A stretch of DNA of 64,000 nucleotides from positions 61,876,001-61,940,000 of the forward strand of contig CM059430.1 in the NCBI GenBank assembly GCA_030390025.1, read 5' to 3'. The translations under genes were made by a program, and so were the position numbers. Positions 1 through 13,549 of this stretch are shown one piece after another. The first letter of the stretch is position 1; every line of letters begins with the position of its first letter. Origin of the DNA: Squalus acanthias (taxonomy: Eukaryota). The notes beneath the pieces were generated by a model. It had not been told where the DNA came from, ran no database searches, and saw nothing but the letters and a program-made list of their open reading frames with translations.

Positions 1-159
1 ATTCACGACATTCTTTATCGATGACATATTCGTTTTTGAAGGGATTTGAGGAGATAAAAAATCTTTGCTTCGTCGACCAGAGGCTGAGAGAAGCTATTGA
101 CTGAAGAACAGGAAATACAGCCAGGCTTCCGATACACTGATCTCTCAGTCCTAGAGAAC

Positions 160-600
160 ACAGTGTCAGCCGTGGCTCAGTGGTAGCACTTTTGCCTCCT
201 AGTAAGAACTTCCTGAGTTCTAAGCTCTACTCCAGAGATTTCAGGGCATAATCAAGGCTGACCCTTCAGTGCATTGCGGAGGAAGTTGCGCACTGTCGAA
301 GGGATGTTTGGATAAGATATTAAACCTCGGCCCCTCTGCCCTCTCAGGCGAACATAAAATATCCCACGGCACTATTCGAAGAAGTGCATTGAAATTGTCC
401 CGGTGTCCTAGCCAATATTTATCCCTCAAGCACCATCATTAATGATCTAGTCAATATCCCATTGTCGGACATTGCTGTGTGCACATTGGCTGCCACGTTT
501 CCCTACATTAAAACAGTGACTACATTTCAAAAGCATTCCAACTACATTGTAAAACGCTTTGGGACACCAAATGCGCTACATAAGTACAAGTTATTTCTTA
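160..600 (+). mobile_element. tRNA-derived Deu-domain SINE (SacSINE1-like)
   Basis: A-box-like gtggctcagtggtagc, Deu-like core atcccacggcactattcgaagaag...gtcctagccaatatttatccctcaa, L2-like tail gtaaaacgctttgggac. Confidence 0.7.
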
Positions 601-1102
601 TTTATCGCAGCAAGAGCGGGGACACAACATTTAAAAATAATCACGTGGATTAACTTCTGTGTGCATGTTATAATTGAAATTAGACTTTATACTCGATAAC
701 AACACGCTTAGTGTGATAGTTTAGATGGTCATCTAACTGCAGTTTTAAACTGTTCAGGATATATTCAAATAAGGCTAATCAAAATGATATTTATACTGAA
801 AACCTTTCAAGTTATCACAATTTGTATTCGCACCTGTATGGCATGACAACGCTTCATGCGCAAGCTTAGAAGCATGAAATGGCATAACTAATTATTAATA
901 AAACGATCAAGATGGTTTAAAAAACCAGCACACAGATCTACAGGTGTTGTATTTTATAACTTGAATCTCTGTAATTGAAGCATTTGATTTCTAATGTAAT
1001 TTTTAAAGCAACACGAGAGAGAATGGGGAATGCCATACTTGATTATTTATTTTGAATAACTGTGAGACTATACCGCCGATAAGCTCTTTACAATGTTCTT
1101 AC

Positions 1103-2319
1103 CACTGACGACAAGGTTAGTTCCGCTTCCATTTGCTTTCCTGTTTCCCCGATGTGTCACTCCACAGTGATAAACTCCAGTGTCCTGGAAACTGATATTC
1201 CGAAGCTGGAAGGAGGCTCTTGCTTTCTCAGTAAGAAATCGTTTCCTGGTGTCTGAGCCTGGTTTTATCAATTCATTCTCGCCAAGTTTCCACCAATAAA
1301 TATTCACAACTGAATCGTCTTGCAAAATAGGAAATGTGCAATAGAAGACATCGGGCCAAAAATTGATGCCGCTACGCGAGAGTACGCACTGCGTACTCTC
1401 GCGTATTCTCTCTCCAATTGCCGGTTTTCTGCATGCACTGCGCATGCGCTGAAAACCGGCACTTGGTCTTTGGAAAAGGGGGCGGTTCCTCGGTGCACCG
1501 CGTGCGCGCTACAGGCTGCGCGCACGCTGTGCACTTAGTGCGTTGGACGCGCAGGTAAGGACAGAAGATTTTAGAAATGAAAAAAGGAGGAGTAAGACCC
1601 ACTTTTAACAAGGTAAGTAGTGAATTAAGTATTATTTTGAATTTTTTTTAACAGGTATATCTTTTTTAGAGACTTTAAAGACAGGTAAGTTTATTTTTAT
1701 AACTTTTTAAAAGATTTAAAATTTTTTCAAAAATTTAATTTTTTATTTAAAATGGTTAATTTATTTAACTATACTTATTTTATTAATGTGATGGTTTTTT
1801 TTTAAATTTAATTGAGGTTTAGCTGTTATTTTGGGGGGGTGTAAGATTCATAGCTTTCACAGCACGTATGTGAAACTTATGAATGGAAGATGGTGTGCTG
1901 CCATTGGCTCTAACTGAGTCACGTGATCCCACAGCTCGCACGAATTCACTACGCCGGTGGGATACGCAAGCACTGCCCAGCTGATGTCTGGAACATCAAG
2001 TTCGTGCGAGCTGGATCTGAAAAAGCCAACGCGGAGTGAGAGATCGCGCCTGCTCCTTACCCCCGCGGGAACAGAGCGAGATCAATTTCTGGGCCAATGT
2101 TTGTACCAGCCATCGAATTGGTATTTTCAGGGGCTTGGGTTACTTCAGAGTATCGGCAGCAACTATTAAGAAAATTAACATTTATTACAGTTGTAAAAAA
2201 CACGGAGAGAGATTCAGAGAGAGACAGAGAAACATAAAGCCCAAGCGCGAACGAAAGAAAATACCTATGAAAATAATCCCCATGAACTGTATGCTCCGAA
2301 GTACAGCTCTCATGTACAT
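1103..2319 (-). pseudogene. Receptor copy A: leader and V exon, disrupted; downstream exons not seen in the window
   Basis: Leader 2265-2319 (MYMRAVLRSIQFMGIIFI, donor G|GTATTT); V exon 1103-2162 with a 1-nt frameshift near its start and a MITE at 1353-2095; 3' part DVFYCTFPILQDDSVVNIYWWKLGENEL...QDTGVYHCGVTHRGNRKANGSGTNLVVS, donor G|GTAAG. Confidence 0.85.
1353..2095. mobile_element. MITE (probably PIF/Harbinger-derived) inserted in the copy A V exon
   Basis: Imperfect TIRs gggccaaaaattgat ... atcaatttctgggcc; GC-rich ends and AT-rich centre; V coding sequence resumes on both sides with 3 extra nt. Confidence 0.8.
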
Positions 2320-2418
2320 TTCAGTGATTGATGCTGGCCGTTCGAAGACAACAAACATGAAGCTCTAATCGTTTGGGGAAATAACGTTGTGCATAACCTG
2401 ATGTGAATTGTGAGACAG

Positions 2419-2424
2419 TGACGT
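2419..2424 (-). promoter_or_regulatory. Candidate CRE/ATF promoter element of copy A
   Basis: TGACGT 100 bp upstream of ATG 2319. Confidence 0.45.
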
Positions 2425-3689
2425 GTGAGACTACACGCCTGTGACTGTGGTGCCAACGGCCGAGTTTAGCAGTGAAATGAAGATGTGTGCTTCATGTAGA
2501 TTAGAGCCTCATCACACCACCCAATGTTATTTCAAGGCAACCTTAGACCTGTGTATCTGTTGAAAAATATATTTCAGTTTTATAATAAGTTTTACTTGAG
2601 AACATAATTGATCAGAGCAATTGAGCTGGTCAATGAAATTTGATGTGTTTTGTGAGCGTCTGCAATGGTGATAGAAAGGGCTGTAATGTTCCAAACACAA
2701 TGCCACATACATCCAGCATTTCAGCTGCTTTTAAATTTAGAAACCAAGTTGTACGGACATGGTCACCTTTGAGGTTGAGAAGTGTAAGATGGAAAACAAG
2801 TTAAATCAGGAGGCAGTGATTAATAATGGCAAGCAGCGCGTTTGAAATCCTGACGATAATCGAAGGAAGCAAAGACTGAGGGAGGTTTGGAGGTCTTCAG
2901 AAGGAAAAATTATTGAATTCAATTGTTTGAGATAGCAGAAATGAGGAAGGGTCTGCTGGAAGACATGTTTGCAGTTTCGGAGGAAAATAGGGAAACATTT
3001 GGAACAGCGCTGACAGTAACATGATAGCAATAGTGGGAGGGACTGAGAGGCTGGAGATGAGAATGAGCAGAATTGTTAAATGAGAAGCCTTTTCTGTTGT
3101 TCTGTCCACGAGTGTCAGAGATATCAGAATCTCTCTCGATATGGGGGCATGTTCAATTCTTGACGACATTGACTTTGCAGACAGTCCGGAGCTGTCGAGG
3201 AGAAAATAACTGCTTGGCACGAACGTGAGCTGTTCATTATAGTGACCTTTATCACCCACGAAAAACCTTGCCACCAACGTCCTTTCCTGAAATCATTCTA
3301 TAAAAAACTATTGTCATAATGTGTACAAGGAATAATCAGCTGTTGGTTAACAACATTCATGTCTGTACAACTCTAGGAAGCCCCAGTCTTGAATTGTGTC
3401 TTGAGATAGCGATATCACATCCCCGTTGCAAGACGCGTCCTGCTGTAGACTTCATCACGTTATGCATTTATTAAAAAAATTGTACCCATGCAGGACTCAT
3501 ATATCTTACAGTTCTCAGCTCCAGAAGTTTATTTCAAATAAACGAAAATATAGTGGTAAGTGAAATTTCAGCCGGACTGTCTAAAAGTCACGCTGTTGAC
3601 GGTCGTGTTCCAAACGCTTTGTAAACTGAATCTATTATCCGACTACCGGGATGCAAGCCAATTAAGGACTGATATAAGGAAGTTCTTAT

Positions 3690-3970
3690 TGGGCAACACA
3701 TCCCAGCTCTTTGACCTCTACCAACGAGCAGGATGACAGCAGCAACATCATGGGAACATAACCATCTCCAAGTTCTTCTCCAAGTCACACACCATCCGGA
3801 CTTGGATATACGTCGCCGTTCCTTCATCACCTTTGGGTCAATATCCTAGAAGACTCTACCAAACCATGTGTAAAGACTGCAGCAGTTCAAGAAAATGCCC
3901 ACCACCACTTTGTATAGGGCAACTAGGAATGGGTAATAAATGAAGCCTTGCAGATGTCACCCCCATTCCT
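3690..3970 (+). mobile_element. LINE 3' fragment (same family as 6896-7420)
   Basis: Shared ccaagtcacacaccatcc...gttccttcatc...gggtcaaaatcct tail. Confidence 0.7.
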
Positions 3971-4804
3971 AGAACAGAAATGGAAAAGCTTTTCTTCACA
4001 CAGAGACTGATCGATAATGGAAGTGGACTTGGGGTACTCATGTGAGGGCAACCATCTGATATCATTTAAGAGACAATTAAATGCTGTTAATGGGGAAATG
4101 TAGGTTTCTAGATGGCTGAGCTACGATGGACCAAGTGATCTTTCAGATGAAGCTAAATGTTCAAAAGGTTTAGTTTTATCTGCACCCTAACTTCACCCTT
4201 GCTGCACAACTGAAGACATAAATAAGAATGAAGATAATATATATTTTATTTAATTGAACTGTTTGTTAGCGTGCATTTACAATGCAGCAACCGACCTTAG
4301 AGTAATAGCACTACTTCTGGTCTGCCAGGCAGACCGAAGTTGATATTGCTTAGCCCTCGACTGGTAACAGTAATGTCCAGGAGAGAGCTGGGTGCGGCGG
4401 GGATACTGTGTTGGGCACAGCGCACTTGCAACTATTAAAACTTTCGAGCGTTCAAGAAGCTTGACAAGGAGCAGCTCTTCCCCTTTAAACATGCACATTT
4501 CGTACACCAGGATTGATACTGCCCTGAATTTGCATCCAACTATGCGTCAAATCCAAGAAATGTGAGGGTGCATTCAGACCCCATCGTTACTATCACAGAT
4601 AAGCACTTTTTAAAAAAATTACTAGAAACCTAAAAATGGCTCACAAACAATAGCGATGTCAGAGTGAATCCATCTGTAGATCGAAAAATAGAAGCTCAGC
4701 ATGGTTGGATACCCAACTGCACTTCACAGACTGCAGCTACAGAGTGTGTGTGTGAGAGAGAGAAAGAGAGATTAAAAAGAGTAAAATACCCCATAAGCAC
4801 ACAA

Positions 4805-5410
4805 GATATAAGAACTTAAGAATTAGGAGCAGGGGTAGGGCATTCAACCCCACGAGCCCGCTCCACCATTCAATAAGATCACGGCTGATCTTCGACCCCA
4901 ACTAGACTTTCCCGCCCGATCTCCACATCCCTTTATTCCCCAGAGTCCAAAAATCTATCTATCTCAGCCTTGAATATACTCAACGATTCAGAATCCACAG
5001 CCAAATGGAGTTAGAGAATTCCACAGATTTAGAACCCTCTGAGAGAAGAAATTACGCCTCATCTCAGTCTTAAATGGCCAATCCCTTATCCTGCGATTAT
5101 GCTCCCTAGTTCTAGACTCTCCAGACAGGGGAAACAACCTCTCAGTATCTACCCTGACAATCTCCCTCAGAATCGTATAATTTTCAATGAGATAACCTCT
5201 CATTCTTCTAACTCCAGAGAGTAGAGGCCCAATCTACTCAATCTCTCCTTACAGGACAACACTCTCATCCCAGGAATCAATCTAGTGTACCTTTGTTGCA
5301 CTGCCTCTAAGGCATGTATATCCTTCCTCCGATGAGGAGACCAAAATTGTGGGCAGTACTCCTGGTGTGGTTTCACCAAAGCCCTGTACAATTGTAGCAA
5401 AACTTGCTTT
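4805..5410 (-). mobile_element. CR1 LINE 3' fragment
   Basis: ORFs with LYRALVKPHQEYCPQFWSPH and RNFFSQRVLNLWNSL; 3' tail. Confidence 0.9.
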
Positions 5411-6625
5411 GAGGATGCAACGAGCAGGGTGGATCAAGGGGAACCAGTATATGTAGTGTATTTGGATTTCCAGAAGGCATTCGATAAGGTACCACATAAA
5501 AGGTTATTGCACAAGATAAGAGAACACGGGGTTGGGGGCAATATATTCGCATGGATAGAGGATTGGCTAACTAACAGAAAACAGAGAGTCGGGATAAATG
5601 GGTATTTTTTCGGTTGGCAAACTGTAACTTGTTGGGTGCCACAGTGATCAGTGCTGGGGCCTCATCTGTTTACAATCTATATTAATGACTCGGATGTACT
5701 GTAGCCAAATTTGCTGATGATACAAAGATAGGTGGGAAAGCAAGTTGTGAGGAACACGCAAATAATCTGCAAAGAGATATAGATAGGTTAAGTGAGTGGG
5801 CAAAAATTTGGCAGATGGAGTATAATTTGGGAAACTGTGAGGTTATGCACTTTGGTAGGAAGAATAAAAAAACAAATTATTATTTAAATGGAGCGAGACT
5901 ACAAAATGCTGCAGTACATTGGGATCCAGGAGTCCTCGTACATGAAACACAAGAAGTTAGCATGCAGGTACAGCAATAATTAGGAAGGCAAATGGAATGT
6001 TGGCCATTATTGCAAGGAGAATGGTGTATCAAAATAGGGATGTCTTGCTACAACTGTGCAGAGCGCTAGTGAGACCAAATTTGGAGTACTGTGTGCAGTT
6101 TTGGTCTCCTTATTTAAGGAGGGTTATACTTACATTGGAGGCAGTTCAGAGAAAGTTCACTAGTTTGATTCCTGAGATGAAGCGGTTGTCTTATGAAAAA
6201 ATGTTGAGCATGTTGGGCCTATACTCATAAGAGTTTAGAAGAAAAAGACGTGATCTTATTGAAACATATAATATTGTGAGGGGGGATGTGTCTCCTCGTG
6301 GGGTGGATCTACAACTAGGGGGCATAGTTTCAGAATAAGGGTTCGCCCATTTAAAGCGGAGTTGAGGAGGAATTTCTTCTCTCAGAGGGGCGTAAATCTT
6401 TGGAATTCACTACCCCAGAGTGCCTAGGAGGCGGAGTCATTGAATATATTCAAGGTGGAGATAGACATATATTTGAGCTACAGGGGAGGCAAGGGTTATG
6501 GGGAGCTGGCGGGAAAGTGGAGTTGAGGCCAAGATCAGATCAGCCATGATCTTATGGAATGGCGGAGCAGGCCCGAGGGGCCGAATGGCCTATTCCTGCT
6601 CCTAAAATTATTTTCTTATGTTCTT
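5411..6625 (+). mobile_element. CR1 LINE, RT region to 3' end, degenerate
   Basis: VYLDFQKAFDKVPH, KFADDTK, LVRPNLEYCVQFWSP, ttcttatg tail. Confidence 0.92.
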
Positions 6626-7990
6626 ATTTTTCTTACTCTTATACTCCAGCCTCCTTGCCATAAAGGCGAACCTGTCATTTGCCTTCCTAATTGCTTGCTG
6701 TATCTGCATGCTAACTTGCTGTGTTTCCTGTACGAGGACACCTAAATCTCTCTGAACAGCAACATGTAATAGTTTCTCACCATTTAAAAAATACTCTGTT
6801 TTTGTATTCTTCCTACCAATGTTAATAACCTCACATTTCCCCACATTATACTCCATCTGCCGCCTTATTGACCACTCACTTAACCTGTCTATATCCACCA
6901 ACTGCAAGGCACAAGTCAGGAGTGTGATGGAATTCTCTCCACTTGGCTAGATGAGTGCAGCTCCAACAACACTCAAGAAGCTCGACAGCATCCAGGACAA
7001 AGCAGCCTGCTTGATTGGCACCCCTTCTACCAACTTGAACATTCACACCCTCCACCACCAGCGCAGCGTGGCTGCAGAGTTTATCATCGACAAGATGCAC
7101 TGCAGCAACTTATCAAGGCTTTTTCGGCGGCAACTCCCAAACTCACGACCTCTACTACCTAGAAGGACAAGGGAACACCATCACCTGCAAGTTCCCCTCC
7201 AAGTTACACACCATCCTGACTTAGAAGTATATCACCGTTCCTTCATCGTCGCTGGGTCAAAATCCTGGAACTCCCAGCCTAACAGCACTGTTGGAGTACC
7301 TTCACCACACCTTGCAGCAGTTCATGAAGGTGGCTCACCACCACCTTCTCAAGGGCAATAAGGATGGGCAAGAAATACTGGCTTTACCAGCGATGCCCAC
7401 TTACCATGTACGAATTTAAAAAAATCCCTTTACAGGCTGTTTGTGTCCTCCTCACAGCTTAATTTTTCATTTATCTTTGTATCGTCAGCAAACTTGGTTA
7501 CATTACACTCGGTCCCTTCATCTAAGTCGTTAATATAAATGATAAATAGCTGAGGCCCAAGCACTGATCCTTGCGGCACCTCACTAGTTGCAGCCTGCCA
7601 ATCTGAAAATGAGCCATTTATCCTGACCCTTTGTTTTCTGTCCTTTAACCAATCCTCTAGCCATGCTAATATATTACCCGCAACCCCATTAGCCCTTATC
7701 TTGCGTAACAAACTTGTATGTGGCACATTATTGACTGCCTTTTGGAAATCCAAATATACTACATCCACTGGTTCACTTTTTTCTACTCTGCTAGTTACAT
7801 TCTCAAAAAACTCTAACAAGTTTGTTAAACACGATTTCACTTTCACAACACCATGTTCATTCTGCCTAATCGTATTATGATTTTCCAAATGTCATGTTAC
7901 CACTTCCTTATGGATTCCAGCATTTTCCCGACAACTGATGTCAGTCTAACGGGCCTGTAGTTCCCTGTTTTCACTTATCCTCCTTTCTGG
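6626..7990 (-). mobile_element. CR1 RT fragment interrupted by a nested LINE fragment
   Basis: ORFs 7430..7888 and 6608..6907 are collinear RT pieces. Confidence 0.9.
6896..7420 (+). mobile_element. Nested 5'-truncated LINE (second family)
   Basis: ORF 6951..7361 AAPTTLKKLDSIQDKAACLIG, RT C-terminal region; A-rich end. Confidence 0.8.
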
Positions 7991-8697
7991 AATCGCTTTG
8001 TATCAATACCATTGATTTCAGTGTAGACAGATGAACTCCCCCGTGATTTATTTAATCTTAGGGATAACACTAACGGACATTAAAGGCAGGTGTTTTAGCT
8101 GCACAGATTACATTTTCTCTCTCCAGTCCATTAGTAGATAATCAGATTGTAGGAACTATCACATCCCCATCTGATCTTCTCTATGCACGAACTTGAAGCA
8201 GAGATCGGCTGCAAAACCCCACTACCTAAACTCTATTTCAACAGACAACAGGGCTTTTAAAAAAGTGACCTTCCTGCATGACTCAATACTGCACCTCAGG
8301 GATCATTTGCCCACTGAGCACCAGCGAGTTGCAAATGTTGTTTGAAAGACCTGTGCTTCTCTGAAGCTAAAAAAAACCCGAATCTGATGCAGCTGGTCAC
8401 AGTATCAACAGGTACAGGTCTTCATACTTGGCGGTAAAACTTCAAAGGTAAAATAGTATAAAGGTCATAAAGACAGAGCTTCCTCAGATTATTGTAAGGG
8501 TGTATTTTTACCCAAAGTGCGTGTTCCTAGATATTTGTGGAAGAATGTTTCATTTGATTTCTCTTTGCAAAATTTGTAGCCGCTGCAGGTTTGCTTGACT
8601 GTAGATGTTTGAACATATAAATCTGCACGTGTCTAACTGTCTGTGGTTGCAAGCTAAATATACATGCAGCTTCACTCTGCTGCATTAGTTGACAGGC

Positions 8698-9160
8698 GGG
8701 CAGAATTTCCTGCTGCGATAAGCATCTCTGTATTGCCTTGTCCAATAGGGAGACGGATTGATTAACAAGCCTTTGACTTTTATTTAACCAGATAGTGCAA
8801 GAAGCGTCCAGTTGTTTGAATTCAGGAAGTTTTGACCTTATGAAGCATATTATTTCTTATTAACCTCAACTAGAAGGAGCAGTGCGGCCCGAATTACTTA
8901 TTACTATACTAGGCCATAGACAGTGTCACCCACAAGACCATTGTATAACAAAGGGGATGCATTCCTACCAAAAACACTTTATTAATGAAAAAAAATCCTA
9001 ACAGCCCCTCCCCCAAAAAAGAGCTATTCTTCCGTCTTATAGTGGAATTCCTTATTAATATATTGGCAATTTTTATAAGGTAGAGATCAGCGGCAATCAC
9101 TGAATCTTGGAAAAGACGGATTAGTTTCTACTGGCATTTCCAAACTGGAATTTCGGCTCT
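8698..9160. mobile_element. Old MITE-like element
   Basis: Degenerate TIRs gggcagaatttcc ... ggaatttcggctc. Confidence 0.4.
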
Positions 9161-9859
9161 AGCATGATTTATAAGTTGTGGCTGTAAACCATTGTTACTA
9201 ACTTTAGCATCCCCGTCAAACCGTTTACCATCGGCAACAAGGCTAACGTTGCAGCTTGAATCCAAGTTATTGCCCGACCTGAAGGAATTAGTCTCACAGG
9301 GCTTGTGTTCGACACCGCACTGAGTGTGACTAAACTGTGAGGTGAAAGTACGTTAAAAATTAATTTCCCAAGGGATCCTTCGTGGTGCTCGTGATTTCTA
9401 TAGTTTGTACTGGTTCAATTTGTGTATCAGTACTTCTGTTTCTCATTGAAAGCAAAAGGATTTCGGCTGCATGTGCAATCTTCATACGGCTGGGCAGGCT
9501 GCAGTCTCAGTACCACCGTGCGCCCATTGTTTTAAAAGTGCATAGTGTGAAAATGACGTGTTATCTATATACAGTAGAACATCCAATGCAGTCGCTACAA
9601 TTTAGTTCACGTCGATCAGTTCGGGTAACGCTATCAGAGGGATAGCAGGTAGTTTGTGTGGAACCAGAGTCCTGATTCTCAGGTCTAGAAATCATGTACT
9701 GGATACAACTGAAAGCCCAACTTGTTCTCAATCAGACTTGTAATGACGGTGTAAAATGCACCAAGCGCCATGACTACAGATTTGTGAAATAAGTACATTA
9801 CTGTTTGGGATTACAACGAGTTGGTGGTGGGTTCAGATACGATTAATAATACGATTGGG

Positions 9860-11150
9860 CAGAGGTAACAAGGATTTATGAAAGGGAAATTGTGTTTGAC
9901 AAAGCTACTCGTGTTTTTTGAGGTTGTAACTAGCAGATAGATAAGGGGAAACCAGTGGATGTGGTGTATTTAGATTTTCAGAAGGCATTCGATAAGGTGC
10001 CAAACTAGAGGCATCTGAACAAAATTAGGGCTCATGGGATTGGGGGTAATATACTAGCATGGATTGAGGATTGGTTAACGGACAGAAAACAGAGAGTAGG
10101 AACAAACGGGATTTTTTCGGGTTGGCAGGCTGTAACTAGTGCGGTACCGCATGGATCAGTGCTTGGGCCTCTGCTATTCACAATCTTCATCAATTATTTA
10201 GATGAGGGGACCAAATGTAATGTGACCAAGTTTGCTGATGATACAAAGCTGGGTGGGAATGTAAGTTGTGAGGAGGTTGCTAGGAGGCTTCAAGGGGATA
10301 TGGTTAGGCAAAGTGAGTGGGCAAGGACATGGCAAATGAAATATAATGTGGAGAAATGTGAAGTTATCCACTTTGGTAGGAAAAATAGGAAAGTAGTGTA
10401 TTTTTTAAATGGTGAGAGATTCGTAAATGTTGATGTTCAGAGGGAGCTGGATGCCCTTGTACAGCAATCACTAAAAGTTAACATGCAGATACAGCAAGTA
10501 ATTAGGAAAGCAATTGGTATGTTGGCCTTTATTACAAGAGGATTTGATTATAAGAGTTAAGACGTCTTACTGCAATTATATAGGGCCCTGGTGAGACCAC
10601 ACCTGGAGTATTGTGTACAGTTTTTTTCTCCTTAACTAAGGAAGGATATACTTGCCATAGAGGGAGTGCAACGAAGGTTCAACAGTCTGGTTCCTGTGAT
10701 GGGGGGATTGTCCTATGAAGAGAGATGGAGTAGACTAGGCCTATATTCTCTCGAGTTTAGAAGAATGAGAGATGATCTAATTGAAACACGCAAAATTCTT
10801 ACTGGGCTTGACAGGGTAGATGCAGGGAGGATGTTTCCCCTGGCTGGGGAGTCTAGAATCAGGGGGTCCAGTCTCAGAATAAGGGGTCGGCCATTTAGGA
10901 CTGAGATTAGGAGAAATGTCTTCACTCAGAAGGTGGTGTATCTTTGGAATTCACTACCCCAGAGACCTGTGGAGGCTCAGTGGTTGATTATATTCAAGAC
11001 AGAGATCGATAGATTTTTGAATATTAATGGAATCAAGGGATATGGGATAGTGCAGGAAAGTGGAGATGTGGTAGAAGATCAGCCTTGATATTATTGAATG
11101 GCGGAGCAGGCTCGAATGGCCAAATGGCCTACTCCTGCTCCTATTTTTAA
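9860..11150 (+). mobile_element. CR1 LINE, RT region to 3' end
   Basis: ORFs 10159..10560 and 10666..11088. Confidence 0.92.
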
Positions 11151-12404
11151 TATTCATATTTAAGAAAGAGACAGCGAAAAAAAAGAATTTTACCGCTATT
11201 GAGTCTGTCAAGGCGATTGCCTTTCTCATTGATATATTCACTTTCATTTTTATTAGATACCAATGTTAATAATTTGGGCTGGATCCTTTTTCATTGGGTA
11301 TGCACAGAGACTATAATTTAGTGTGCGTGTGCGCGTGTCGGCACTTACGTACGCACGCGTGCGTGTTGGTCTGTTTACTTGTTTCTATTTGTTTTCATAA
11401 ACATTTCAATCGTCTTGAATATAATCAAAGGCAGCGTGTTCTTAAAGGGAAAGTGTATTCTTCTAACCTATGCATTATGCCTTCAGTGTTATAAAGGGAT
11501 TACCGATACACTGACTGCTGTCTTCAGACAATGTATACAATAAACTGTTGCTTGAATTTTACATGAAAGTTCTCCTACTGTGACATCATAATTACCCACT
11601 ACTCTGTGTCCTGCGCATGGTGCGGATGGTGTTGAGCGGCAAGATATCCCACAAGAAATTATTTACGAAATACAGTCCATGGGCGCGTACAACCTGCAGT
11701 CCTAAGGTGTATTGCACCCTGACAAGGTACAATTTTACTTAGCAGCACTCCTCTTAAAAATATGCATCACTTTAACCAAATACTTTTGACATTTTAGACA
11801 GTTGTCCACAACTTACATATTGGAAGCCCATTTGATCAATATTATAGTATTGCAGTACATTAAATTAAGTTAAATGTCAGGGGTATAGACAATATTACTG
11901 TACTGAAAGTTGTGTGCAGATGAATAAAGGAAACGCTCGAAAATCTATTGAGGAATACAAGTCTAAAGTTAGCATAATAAAGGAATATGAGGAGAAAAGA
12001 AACGATTCAGCCGCCTGAAGCTGACGCGATTTCGAATTACAGTTGATAGTGGGGTTAAGAAAGGTTAAAAGGGAAAATATCAAATAGAATCTCCGTTTAA
12101 TGTGAGCGTTGTCTGCTCCTGCAATTACACCGAACTACGAGTCGTAATAACTGCTGCTGTGCAACACTCGGTACGTTTTCAGAGTGTGGCTTATTAACAG
12201 CTAAATTTAGAACTTGATCTGCTGCAGCGGAGTTGAGCTAATGACCCATGTTCTTTACTTAGCTTTAGAAACGCATGCGACATTGTCATTATTTAGAAAA
12301 ACTTGTTAGTATAGCAAACATCCTTGGGTTTTAAAAGAGGTGGCTACAGAGATAGTGGATGCATTGGTTTTGATCTTCCAGAACTCCATAGATTCAAAAT
12401 AGTT

Positions 12405-13545
12405 TTCGAGATCAGGAGTAGGCCATTCGGCCATTCTAGCCTGTTCCGTCATTCAATAAGATCATGTCTGCTCTTCTACCTGAATTCCACTTTCCCGCAC
12501 TATTACCCTTAGTATCCAAATATATATCGCTCTCTGCCTTGAATGTACTCAACGACTGAGCCTCCACACCTCTATGAGGTAGAGAATTCCAAAGATTTAC
12601 AACTCTTTGATTGAAGAAATGTTTCCTTCTCTCAGTCCTAAATGGCCGAAACCTTAGTCTGAGACTGTGACCCCTAGTTATAGACTCCCCAACCAGGGGA
12701 AACATCTTCTGAGCATCTACCCTGTCAAGCCCTTTAATAATTGTGTATGTTTCAATGAGGTCACATCTGATTCTTCTAAACTCTCGGGAATATAGGCCTC
12801 GTCTACTTAATCTGTCATTATAGGGAAGTCCCCTCATCCCAGGAATCAATCCAGTGAACCTTCGTTGCACTCTTTCTAAGGTAAGTACATTCTACCTTAG
12901 GCACGGAGACCACAACTGTACACAATGGTGTGCTCTCACCAAGGCCCTATATAATTGTAGTAAGACTTATTTGCTCTTATACTCCAATCACTTTGTAATA
13001 AAGGCCAGCATACCATTTGCCACCCTAATTGCACGTTGTACCTGCATGTTAACTTTCTGTGATTCGTGTTCACTAATACCCAGGTCTCTCTGAATACCAA
13101 CATTTCCTAGCCTCTCACCATTTAAAAAATATTCTGCTTTTCGATTTTTTCTTCCAAAATGGATAACTTTACACGTCTCCACAATATAGTCCATCGGCCA
13201 TGTTATTGCCCACCCAATTAACCTTTCTATATCCCTTTGCAGTCTCTTTGCATCCTCCTCACAGAATACTTTCCCACCTAGGTTTGCAACGTCAGTAAAC
13301 TTGGATGCATTACACACGGTCCCTTCATCTATGTCGTTGATATAGGTTGTAAGTAGTTGAGGCCCAAGCTTCAAGATACCCCACTAGTTACACCCTGCCA
13401 ACCCGAAAATGACACTTTTATTCCCACACTCTGTTTTCTGTCCGTTAACCAATCCTTAATCCATGTTAACATATTACCCCCAATCCCATGAGCCCTAATT
13501 TTGTGTAACAACCTCTTGTGTGGCACCTTATCGAATGCTTTTTCA
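12405..13545 (-). mobile_element. CR1 LINE fragment
   Basis: ORFs 12436..12870 and 12988..13374. Confidence 0.9.
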
Positions 13546-13549
13546 CAGG

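Noticed and set aside
1068-1445. 125-aa ORF as an intact V-domain gene
   Set aside because: Its N-terminal 31 or so residues come from the MITE; the true exon start at 2162 is frameshifted
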